A stretch of 39,838 nucleotides of DNA from a virus (Duplodnaviria > Caudoviricetes), in IMG/VR virus record IMGVR_UViG_3300033417_000028, positions 1 through 39,838 of that record, one strand, 5' to 3'. The notes under the pieces are model-generated. The model was not told the origin of the DNA. It made no database searches and saw only the letters and a program-made list of their open reading frames with translations. Positions 26,187 to 35,366 of this stretch are shown piece after piece; position 1 is the stretch's first letter; every line of letters starts with the position of its first letter. The position numbers and the translations under genes were made by a program.

Positions 26187-26642
26187 ATGAAGGACATCCC
26201 TGCGTTCAAGTGGCTTAATGTTTACGAAGAAAACAGCCTGTCGAATTTAAGTAGGACAGGTAAGATTTGCCGCCGGGCAATGTCTGTATATATGAAAATA
26301 TCAGGAGAGTTGATTGACCGTTTCGGCGTTTCGGAAAATTACATGAGAATTCTACACAATCGCATCCGAATAGAAATTCTTTGGAACGAAATACTTAGGA
26401 CGGGAGACCGGAGTAAAATAGCATTCATTGAGGCGTTGGAGGTTGATAACGGTGAGTTGACTTCCAAATTCAAAAAGATTGATTTATTCGAAAGCGTTGT
26501 GAAGTTTGAACAACAAGGGATAAAGAGAAATACAAATGAGATCACAGCGTTCGAGCTATACGCCATTCAAGAGGCCTTAGAAAAACAATACAAAGAACAG
26601 TTAAAAGCACAATCCAATGTCAGAGAAAAAAGTAGAAAGTAA
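26187..26642 (+). CDS. Putative tail assembly chaperone
   Basis: ORF immediately before the tape measure gene; start uncertain. Confidence 0.5.
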   Translation: MKDIPAFKWLNVYEENSLSNLSRTGKICRRAMSVYMKISGELIDRFGVSENYMRILHNRIRIEILWNEILRTGDRSKIAFIEALEVDNGELTSKFKKIDLFESVVKFEQQGIKRNTNEITAFELYAIQEALEKQYKEQLKAQSNVREKSRK

Positions 26643-29388
26643 GGACATTATAGAGCCGGACTTATTTGCTGACATGCGAAAGTCGGCAGAGGCCACCCTT
26701 CCGCAGCTGGCAAAGCTGAGCGAAGCGCTGGCCATCCTGCACGCTGAGACAATCAAGAATTTAAAAGCAAACCGTGACCCAAAAACGGCAAAGGAAATAA
26801 AGAAAACAAATGAGCTCTTAAGCAAAGGCGCTGACATTAGAAAGTCTTTGGATAGCGTTGAGAAGCAGCAGGCATCAACAAAGAAGCAGATAACAACTCT
26901 TACCGTTGCCGAAACGAAAGCGAAGCTGAGACAACAGCAACAACAAAAAGCTATTCGAGATAGCCTCAAAGACGTTATCGCCTTAGAACAAAAAGAAATC
27001 GGCACTCTTCAACGGGTGGCTATTGAAAATAAACGATTACGAAAAGAAAGGGAGCGCCTTAATTTGGACACAGATAAAGGAAGACAGCGGCTTCAAGAGA
27101 TAAACAGGAAGCTTGATGACAACAACAAATTAATTCGCGTCAATTCTGACGAAATGAAGAAGCAGCGCCTTAATGTTGGTAACTATTCAACAGGTATTAA
27201 GGAAGGGATAATGCAGAGTGGCTTATTTTCTACCCAACTTGCTACACTGTCTAGGGTGCAAGCTGTTCTTACCGCAATCACAAGAAAAAATACTGTAGAA
27301 CAAGAGGCTAACACGGTAGCAACCGAAACTAACACCGTTGGCGTTGCGGCCAATTCGACAGCACAAAAAGGAGCTGCGGCGGCATCGGGAGGGTTCAGTA
27401 GGGCGTTGAAGATATTAAAGTACGCCCTAATAGCTACAGGAATAGGAGCTGTAGTAGTTATACTTGGTTCTTTGATAGCTGCATTTGCATCAACACAAAG
27501 AGGGGCAGACGCTTTCTCTCGAGCATTAGCACCTATAAGGGTTGCCTTTGAGAAGTTTGTAGGTTTTTTGCAAGATACGGGGTTCAAGGTATTTGACAGA
27601 TTAAAGGAGGCTTTTGAAAATCCCGTACAGGCGATAAAGGATTTAGGGAAGGCAATTGTTGACAATATAGTCAATAGATTTACGGCTATTTCTGAAATAG
27701 GATTAGGGCTGGGTAAGGTGTTAAAGGGTATATTTACTAGAGACCTTGATCTTATAAAGCAAGGCGCTAAAGATGTTGGAGAGGCATCTCTTCAAGCCGT
27801 TACAGGAATTAAAGACATAGGAGATAAAATATCGTCAATAACTGGCGATATATCAGAAGGAGTAGCAGAGGCTACTAGGCAGGGAAATCTATTGTTTGAG
27901 CTTCAAAAAAAATATGAGCGGTTACAGATAGACACAACGGTGGCGTTATCAAAGGCAAAGCTTGAAATGCAAGAACAAAATGCTATAGCCAAAGATGGGT
28001 TAAAGTCAGACACCGAAAGGATAGCTGCTCTGAATGAGGCAGAAAAGCAATTGAGGTTTATTTCTAACACGGAAAAGAAATTACTTGATTTGCAAATCCA
28101 AAAAATGGAGTTGGAGCAAACATTCAATGATACTGATAGGGCAGGGGAGCTAGAGCTAGAGAAGCTAAAGGCACAAAGACTTGAAGCCGATGCAAGGGCT
28201 CAGAAGAAGATAAACGGCCTTATCGCATTGCGCTCAGGACTAGAGAAAAAGATTCTTTTAGATAAGGAGAAAGGGTCAAAGCTTGACGACAAAGCAGCGG
28301 CAGACGCATTGAAGCAAGACCAAGAAAGGCAGAAAAGTTTTCTCGATACAGTTCGACAAAACGAGCAGGAGGAGATACATCTTAAGGAGACTCAGCTTTT
28401 ACAGCTAAAAAACCTAAAAGAGAAGGGTCTTAAGAATGACGAAGATATTGCAGCTAAAGAGTTGGAGATTCAAAAAGCAAAACTTGAAACAATTATAAAT
28501 AACGAGGCGTCATCGTATGAAGAGAGAGAGAGAGCGAAAGCGGAGTATGACGCTTATGTTATAAGCACAGAAAAAGCGAACGCCGACAAGTTGCTTGCAA
28601 TTGATAAGGCAAAGAAAGATAAGCAATTTGCAAATACTAAAGAGCTTACATCTGCAACAGGCGCTGAGCTTCAAAAGAAAACGCAATTAGAGCAGCAGCA
28701 AATCAGTCAAGCAATAAATCTAAACGCCGAGTCGATAGCCTTACAACAAGACCTAGCAAGAAGTGGAGCTGCGAATCAACTAGCGCAAGAGAAAGAGGCG
28801 CAGGCAAAGTTATTGCTCCAAAGGAAAAACGCACAAGAGAAAGAGGCCAGAGAGCAGGAGGCTATCAAGTTGGCAGAAAGGTTCATTGATGCCGTGAAGT
28901 TGCGCCAAAATGAACAGGGAGCTAATCCTAGTTCTGTCGTTCCAAAGGCAATTGCTGACACATTCTTAATCAAAGGAGTTGCTAAAGGGATAGCTCAGTT
29001 TGCGAAGGACGGGGAAAATATGGTAATGCCAAACGGGGAGGGTGGATCAGTAGGGGTAGATGATATTCCTTTCTACTTAACAAAGCAAGAGGCAGTCATC
29101 AAAAGAGATGCAAACCTAGGCAATCCGGGCGTTGCTATGGCGTTAAATGACGGAAGTTTTCAAGATAAATATATTCTTAAGGAGGCTGCATTAAGGCAAA
29201 TGATGTCATCGAGTGAGTCGAACAGCGACAGTGGAGTTGCAGGCAGGCAGGCAATAGCTCTACTTAAAAAAATAGAAGCTAAACCGGTTCAAATCATTGA
29301 CATCACAAAGCAGGGAGAGATAATAGAGACGTTGATAAAAGGCGGTCAGAATAAAAAACGTGTTCACAAAATGAGGCTGAGGCAATGA
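26617..29388 (+). CDS. Tail tape measure protein
   Basis: 923 aa coiled-coil; NVGNY and ALIATGIGAVVVILG hydrophobic segment. Confidence 0.88.
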   Translation: MSEKKVESKDIIEPDLFADMRKSAEATLPQLAKLSEALAILHAETIKNLKANRDPKTAKEIKKTNELLSKGADIRKSLDSVEKQQASTKKQITTLTVAETKAKLRQQQQQKAIRDSLKDVIALEQKEIGTLQRVAIENKRLRKERERLNLDTDKGRQRLQEINRKLDDNNKLIRVNSDEMKKQRLNVGNYSTGIKEGIMQSGLFSTQLATLSRVQAVLTAITRKNTVEQEANTVATETNTVGVAANSTAQKGAAAASGGFSRALKILKYALIATGIGAVVVILGSLIAAFASTQRGADAFSRALAPIRVAFEKFVGFLQDTGFKVFDRLKEAFENPVQAIKDLGKAIVDNIVNRFTAISEIGLGLGKVLKGIFTRDLDLIKQGAKDVGEASLQAVTGIKDIGDKISSITGDISEGVAEATRQGNLLFELQKKYERLQIDTTVALSKAKLEMQEQNAIAKDGLKSDTERIAALNEAEKQLRFISNTEKKLLDLQIQKMELEQTFNDTDRAGELELEKLKAQRLEADARAQKKINGLIALRSGLEKKILLDKEKGSKLDDKAAADALKQDQERQKSFLDTVRQNEQEEIHLKETQLLQLKNLKEKGLKNDEDIAAKELEIQKAKLETIINNEASSYEERERAKAEYDAYVISTEKANADKLLAIDKAKKDKQFANTKELTSATGAELQKKTQLEQQQISQAINLNAESIALQQDLARSGAANQLAQEKEAQAKLLLQRKNAQEKEAREQEAIKLAERFIDAVKLRQNEQGANPSSVVPKAIADTFLIKGVAKGIAQFAKDGENMVMPNGEGGSVGVDDIPFYLTKQEAVIKRDANLGNPGVAMALNDGSFQDKYILKEAALRQMMSSSESNSDSGVAGRQAIALLKKIEAKPVQIIDITKQGEIIETLIKGGQNKKRVHKMRLRQ

Positions 29389-31274
29389 TACAAAGACACT
29401 TTTTAAAAGGCGTTGAGATAAACGAGCCGAACAACTATCCTGAGTTGCAGATTTCACGAACATGGGATAATGAGAGCGAGAGCGTTGCGGTGAATTTCGA
29501 TAAGGTGGAGCTGGGGGTAGGAGATAGAACCAAGTCAAACGATGGATCTATTCTAGCAAATCTTCACATTGCAGCAGGCTTGACGGGAGGTGTTGGCGTT
29601 GGGGAGGGAGCGCCATATAAGCTAATCCTTGACGACCAAAAAGGAAACGTATACGAAGCATTGAACGGCTACTTAGACCTATGGAGATCAGAGCAGAGGT
29701 GCGATAAGGTGATCGCTCCACTTGTAGAAGCGGGTGGCGTTGATTGGTCAGAGCAACGGCTCAACTCTTTTACTTTTGAATACCTTTTTAATATTGGACT
29801 AATCACCACCGATCACTTTGTGCCTATTCCTTATGTCATAGAGGCCAAGCAAAATAATTTAGAGATAGCTTTTTCTCTTCTGACGATATTCGTAGTCCAA
29901 GACAAAATAAAAGAGCAGGCGCTTGAGCTAAAGAAATCTGCCGGCCGCCTAGTTTCTCCGTTCAGCGCATCTGAGGTGATAGCTGTCATAGTTCAATTTA
30001 TTTATGTTGCAACTTTGTTTTCCGCTTTGGTGATTTTAGTAAAAGATATTGTTAACAACATAATTCAAAAGGTAAAGTATCACATGGGTATGTATGTTAA
30101 AGACTTGCTGGAAATCGGGCTCAGCCACATAGGATTGACGCTATCAAGTAGCATATTTCAGCAGCCGCCCTTTGATAAAGCGTTAATTATTCCGCAAAAG
30201 TTTAACTTAAAAGATACCAACACTGGAGACTTTGAGTTTATAAAAGGTTTTTTTACTCCAAATAAAAACGAGCAATTCGGCTATTATAAGGGAACTTTCG
30301 GGCAGCTATTTAATCTTGTTAGGCAAATGGTTCTTGCTAAGGTGGTGATAAAGAACAAGATTGTGTATATGGAGAAGAGAAACTTCTACCTAAGCACCCC
30401 TAAATGGAAGATACCCCCAGTAAAAGATCAGTTCACAACGTATAATCATGAAGACTTTCGATCTACCTACGACCTCAGATTTCAGGTTGACATAAATGAT
30501 AGGCACACACTACAGGAATATGCTGGTACGGCTGTAACTGTTACCACGCAGCCCAAGGTAATATTGAACAAAGATATGGTTTTGCTCTCAGGACTAGAGG
30601 AGATAGCTATAGGCTTTTCGCTTGGAAAAGCAAAGACAGAGCTAACGCCTGCGGAGAAGATTGTAAGCGGCTTCTTAAAAGGTGTAAACGGAATCGTAAA
30701 AGTATTCATTGTTGCAGTAAATGTTGTAATAAGTATCGTTAACTTTATCACGAGGGTGATTAATGGCATATTAAAGGCACTCAGGAAAATTGGAATAAAT
30801 ATAAACAATCCAATTGGAAAAATACCAAAAATATCCTATCCTAATTTCGGGAGTCTGATAGAAGATAGGATAAGAATGTTAAAAATGGAGTCGGACTATA
30901 TTACTATTCCAAAAATACTACTGGTCGATAATCATGGAAACAAGCGTAACAATAAATTACGATCCGATAACTCGTCGGTATTAAATGCTAGATACTTATG
31001 GGATAATTACCATTATTTTAATAGCTTTATACCGCAAAAAGACAGCAAGGGTAATCAATTTCAGATTAAGCAATTTGAAAACATTCCATTCTGTTTTGAT
31101 GACGACCAAAAAGTCGCAGGAAATAATGCCATTGAAGATTGGGACGGGTCACATGGAGAGTTAATTGATATTAAATACAGCCCTGATGCTGAAACGGCTT
31201 CGGGGACATATAGGGTACAGCGGCCATACACGAATAATTTAATAGAAACAATAATTGAACCGAATGGAAAATAA
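29385..31274 (+). CDS. Minor tail/structural protein with hydrophobic segments
   Basis: 629 aa after the tape measure gene. Confidence 0.6.
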   Translation: MIQRHFLKGVEINEPNNYPELQISRTWDNESESVAVNFDKVELGVGDRTKSNDGSILANLHIAAGLTGGVGVGEGAPYKLILDDQKGNVYEALNGYLDLWRSEQRCDKVIAPLVEAGGVDWSEQRLNSFTFEYLFNIGLITTDHFVPIPYVIEAKQNNLEIAFSLLTIFVVQDKIKEQALELKKSAGRLVSPFSASEVIAVIVQFIYVATLFSALVILVKDIVNNIIQKVKYHMGMYVKDLLEIGLSHIGLTLSSSIFQQPPFDKALIIPQKFNLKDTNTGDFEFIKGFFTPNKNEQFGYYKGTFGQLFNLVRQMVLAKVVIKNKIVYMEKRNFYLSTPKWKIPPVKDQFTTYNHEDFRSTYDLRFQVDINDRHTLQEYAGTAVTVTTQPKVILNKDMVLLSGLEEIAIGFSLGKAKTELTPAEKIVSGFLKGVNGIVKVFIVAVNVVISIVNFITRVINGILKALRKIGININNPIGKIPKISYPNFGSLIEDRIRMLKMESDYITIPKILLVDNHGNKRNNKLRSDNSSVLNARYLWDNYHYFNSFIPQKDSKGNQFQIKQFENIPFCFDDDQKVAGNNAIEDWDGSHGELIDIKYSPDAETASGTYRVQRPYTNNLIETIIEPNGK

Positions 31275-31494
31275 TAAAACAGAAGACTTTATTAAAAACG
31301 CATCTCAGGTGGGGTCTTTCCTTAGCGGAATGATAGGATCAATTGATGGATTAATTGACGATGCAAGAAATAAGCTACCCGAAGAAGAGCGAGCTGCATT
31401 CGATGACAAGGTGAAGGATATGAATATTAATGAAGCAGAATTGAAGTTGCAAAACGCTTTAAGCCAGCTATCTAATTTAGGGAGTAAATTATAA
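31264..31494 (+). CDS. Hypothetical protein
   Basis: Short ORF coupled to both neighbours. Confidence 0.6.
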   Translation: MENNKTEDFIKNASQVGSFLSGMIGSIDGLIDDARNKLPEEERAAFDDKVKDMNINEAELKLQNALSQLSNLGSKL

Positions 31495-34400
31495 TGGGAC
31501 TCGTTGTATCTGATATTCGATTTAATAATCTATTTAGGCCGTCTCAGGACTTGCCGTTCCTGCTGTCGGTAATTGACGAGCCTATTACTATAGAGATTGA
31601 TTTCGAGTATGAAGATGTGACGTATGCAACGGAGGATAATTTTATTATATTGACCCCGAACCCGTCAGAGGTTGATATGTCTGACACGTCAGGTATCATA
31701 TATAGCGAAGATCCTGCTACGTTTGAGGATATATTCGTTGGCGACATCTTAGGTTTTTATTCTCAAGGGTTTGGATATTTTTTCTATACGGTAATAGAAA
31801 AATTTAGCGGAAATATGATTAGATCAACCAGAGCCGATACAAGGCATCAGTTGTCGAGTGACATAGAGTATATATTTAACGCTTCGGAATTTAAAGGTTT
31901 AAAGTATTATTATAGCCTAGTGAATCCGGGGGGCGGCTTCTTGTCGCTTATAGACGGCGAAGAGCAACGTCTTCAAACTGGCGCTTTAGACGTTGATAAC
32001 GTCACCCCGTCTGCATTGCCTTTCACCGGAATTAAATCATGGCAAATAGGGAGCGCAACTGTCAAGGGTAATAGTGGAGGGGGCGGGGGCGGTTCTGCAG
32101 GGCAATATATTAGGCAGTCCTTTACCATAACGCATACAACAGATGTCGTACCTACTTTCCTTTACGACCAATATTTAGATTTGTTAAATGGGAAAAAGCC
32201 CGACTACTTTCAATCGGGCAAAACGCTAAACTATATAGTTTCTATTTCGTTACACAAAACGTTATCAAATCCAAACGGTGTACAAACGATAACGCTAGAC
32301 ACGAATCAAAGCAATGTAGGGTGGCACAACCAAGACCCCAACGGCTCAGATACAAACTATTCCGTCGACAGCGTGTCGATTTCAGATTTAACAGCTCTTG
32401 ATACTCCGGGGCAATTGAGGTTTGGGAATACGATGCTTGTTAGCATATCGGTTAAAAACACAACAGACACGCCTTTTGTAAATTCATCAACTAAGTATAT
32501 CGCAGGATTCAGATACCTTCCGGAAGATCCTGACTTTTACCAAGATAATGGATATAATCAGGATAGGAATTTTGCAAAGGATTACGTGTTTAACACTGTG
32601 GGGGGAGGATGGGTTAATGGGCTAAATACAGGAACAGATTTACAAATAGTAAAAAGGTCGAGAGCCGTTTTTGTCAGCTCTTCTGAAATTACTATTGAAA
32701 TGGAGGTGGAGACGGGTGTAGATGCTGAGGCTATTTTACAGCAGGGGGATTTCTTTAGGTACAAACTATACGTAATCGTTGAAAACCATGCGCTAGGCGC
32801 TGACCTGAGCGACAAGGTAAATCTTCTCGCTCAGGTTAATGAGTTTCTTGTTGAGTATACGGACACGTCTCTTGTGAATGAGGAGTCTACGCTATTGATT
32901 CAGCACCCATACGATGACGCAACTGACGGCACGGCAGCAGCTGATTTAAAATACTTTCCTGTTGATGATTTGGTGGTTGATTTTCTGTTCAATATTGACT
33001 TTGCCCCTATCGCAGCAGCAGAAAAAGTAAAGATCACAAAAGTTAAAAGCGAACTACTGTTATTAAAAACAGGGGAAAGCGATATTCTACTAGAGGACTT
33101 CTTGTTCTCAACGGATGGATTCCCTATAATAGGAGGAAAGGCACAAGCGATAGACTTTACTCAGGACAGGGTGTTCAAGATTCCTGACGGGGAAATTCGG
33201 AAGGTCGTTTCAATGCAAAGAGAGTATGCCTTAGACACAGGAGATGCTCTATATTACCGGTACCAGTATCCGTTTATGCACAGGTGGGAGTACTGGATAG
33301 AGCTGGCAGGCATCCTAGCTCCTCCGGCAGACATCTTTGACACATCACTTGACTTTAATGGGTTAAATAATCTTTGGCATAGATACTTAACGCTATCAGG
33401 ATGTACGCTAAATCACAAGGCTACACTCACAATAGAGCAGAATGGTGAGACTTTTCAGCAAGAGTTCACAACAGAAATTGCGCCATCTGTTGACTTCGAG
33501 GGGAATGTAGAGTGGAGCAATCATAGCATAACGTCTCACGACATAGTAACAGATGCCTCTATAATATCCGGAGGTGTTAAATATTTAAGGGGTTACGAGG
33601 ATGTTAAGATCAAGGCGATAGCAGAAAAAATATCCGGCGGCATCCCGTCGTTAGCTAATGTAGGAATGGTAATTTGGATCGAGCCATTCGAGGGGCAGGG
33701 AGTTTCTGACATAAGAAGGATTACAAGTTTTCGGGAGTTGTCTTCAAACAGCTGGTTCAAATCAACCGACACAAGCAACAAGACAGTAGTTTCAAGTGCG
33801 GGATCTGTCTACACGGGAGAGGCTCTCATTGATTATACCAAGCTGCCGTCCGTTGGAAAGTTTACAATGTATGCTAGGCTATATGAGTTCTATAATGGCG
33901 ATGCAAAACAATTTGAGGATGGCGATGATTTTGAATTTGAGGATGGCGACCTCTATTTGTTTGAGGACGGGGGTTCAGGAGGAGCAATAGTGGAGCTTGG
34001 AACGGCTTGGAGGCAAGACTTCGAGATCATACAAAGTAATCCTGCGGCAGGAGATGTGGTTACCGTAGCGACAGAGCTGGCAGGATCTAACGAGTGCTGT
34101 TTTAAGATTCCGGTATTCGGCGAAACGGTATTTACCAGCGAATTTAAAAACGACAAGCAAGGCGCTATATTTTGGTGGGGGAAAGCGTTTTCTGCCGCTA
34201 CGATTTCCCTTCAAAAATTTACATCGGGCGCATGGTCAGACTTGGCGGTACTTACAGACAATACCTATGGAACATATAAAGAATTTGGTTTTTATGATAC
34301 AATTTTTGAAGAAAAAGCGATAGGGTATCAAGTAGACTGGAGGCTAGTTCTTATCGCACATGGCGAAGGGTCATATAGAGTAAAGTCAACAGGTACAAAT

Positions 34401-34925
34401 ATAGATGCAACGACAACGGATAAGTACTGGATAGACGTGTGCTTAAAGGAGTACAGAGATTATCTGTCTGATGACACGGTAAGGATAGGGTGGTACACAA
34501 GTGGAAGTTTAGGAAGTTTAGAAGGTGACGAGAAGAAGTCGGACTTTTCCTCGCAGGATTGGTTCAACGAAATAAGGCTTCCTGACGCTTTGTTTTGGAG
34601 GCCAAACGGAGAGTATCAAGAGGAGTCCGTTGTTTATCAAAATGGAGCAGAGGTGTGGACAAAGGACTCACAAATTGAGTTCTACGATTTAGAGTTGAGA
34701 GGTCTTCCTTGGGAGATTCACAGGATAATCCAAATTTGGATTTTGCAATCCGACAAAATAGTAATTACAGATTACAACAGCGGAAACCCAACGAGAATGA
34801 GTAATAAATACGTAAGACGGGCTTCTTCGGAGTACAACCCTGACTATTCGCTTAACTCTACGAAAGCACCGGTGTACGTAAGGTTGAAACAGGCATATCA
34901 AAATTTTGAACATAAAAGATGCTAG
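31494..34925 (+). CDS. Large tail tip/baseplate structural protein
   Basis: 1143 aa, acidic and beta-rich, in the tail module. Confidence 0.6.
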   Translation: MGLVVSDIRFNNLFRPSQDLPFLLSVIDEPITIEIDFEYEDVTYATEDNFIILTPNPSEVDMSDTSGIIYSEDPATFEDIFVGDILGFYSQGFGYFFYTVIEKFSGNMIRSTRADTRHQLSSDIEYIFNASEFKGLKYYYSLVNPGGGFLSLIDGEEQRLQTGALDVDNVTPSALPFTGIKSWQIGSATVKGNSGGGGGGSAGQYIRQSFTITHTTDVVPTFLYDQYLDLLNGKKPDYFQSGKTLNYIVSISLHKTLSNPNGVQTITLDTNQSNVGWHNQDPNGSDTNYSVDSVSISDLTALDTPGQLRFGNTMLVSISVKNTTDTPFVNSSTKYIAGFRYLPEDPDFYQDNGYNQDRNFAKDYVFNTVGGGWVNGLNTGTDLQIVKRSRAVFVSSSEITIEMEVETGVDAEAILQQGDFFRYKLYVIVENHALGADLSDKVNLLAQVNEFLVEYTDTSLVNEESTLLIQHPYDDATDGTAAADLKYFPVDDLVVDFLFNIDFAPIAAAEKVKITKVKSELLLLKTGESDILLEDFLFSTDGFPIIGGKAQAIDFTQDRVFKIPDGEIRKVVSMQREYALDTGDALYYRYQYPFMHRWEYWIELAGILAPPADIFDTSLDFNGLNNLWHRYLTLSGCTLNHKATLTIEQNGETFQQEFTTEIAPSVDFEGNVEWSNHSITSHDIVTDASIISGGVKYLRGYEDVKIKAIAEKISGGIPSLANVGMVIWIEPFEGQGVSDIRRITSFRELSSNSWFKSTDTSNKTVVSSAGSVYTGEALIDYTKLPSVGKFTMYARLYEFYNGDAKQFEDGDDFEFEDGDLYLFEDGGSGGAIVELGTAWRQDFEIIQSNPAAGDVVTVATELAGSNECCFKIPVFGETVFTSEFKNDKQGAIFWWGKAFSAATISLQKFTSGAWSDLAVLTDNTYGTYKEFGFYDTIFEEKAIGYQVDWRLVLIAHGEGSYRVKSTGTNIDATTTDKYWIDVCLKEYRDYLSDDTVRIGWYTSGSLGSLEGDEKKSDFSSQDWFNEIRLPDALFWRPNGEYQEESVVYQNGAEVWTKDSQIEFYDLELRGLPWEIHRIIQIWILQSDKIVITDYNSGNPTRMSNKYVRRASSEYNPDYSLNSTKAPVYVRLKQAYQNFEHKRC

Positions 34926-34930
34926 ATTCT

Positions 34931-34958
34931 ATTTAACATAATATTTTTTATACTTTTG
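34931..34958 (-). other. Second dif-like site overlapping a promoter box
   Basis: Minus strand CAAAAGTATAA-AAAATA-TTATGTTAAAT; + strand TACTTTTG at 34951-34958. Confidence 0.5.
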
Positions 34959-34962
34959 CATT

Positions 34963-35364
34963 ATGGGTAAATTATCCTCACGAACACAGTACGCACTAGA
35001 GATAGCTCCAACGGATTTAATTCACGTTGTAGTGGGTGGACTATCATACAAGGTGGCCATTAAAGATGCTGTCTCTTCCGGCATTTATGTCGCCCTCGCT
35101 GGCGGAGGTCAAGGAGGTGCAACTCAACTGGCCGCTACAAAGTGTCTAATAGGCACTTGCGCAACACTGGGAGATAGCGTTTTAACAATAGACGCAGACG
35201 TAAAAGGGTGGCAGGAGATACGGAACGAGGGGGCGGCAACGGCTTACATTTATCCACAGTCTGGACAAAATTACAAAGGACTTGCTACAGATGCTTATAT
35301 ACCCCTCCCTCCCGGAAATAAAATAATAATCGAATCATGGGGAACAGGAGAATTATACCTATAA
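34963..35364 (+). CDS. Hypothetical structural protein
   Basis: 133-aa ORF. Confidence 0.6.
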   Translation: MGKLSSRTQYALEIAPTDLIHVVVGGLSYKVAIKDAVSSGIYVALAGGGQGGATQLAATKCLIGTCATLGDSVLTIDADVKGWQEIRNEGAATAYIYPQSGQNYKGLATDAYIPLPPGNKIIIESWGTGELYL

Positions 35365-35366
35365 AT

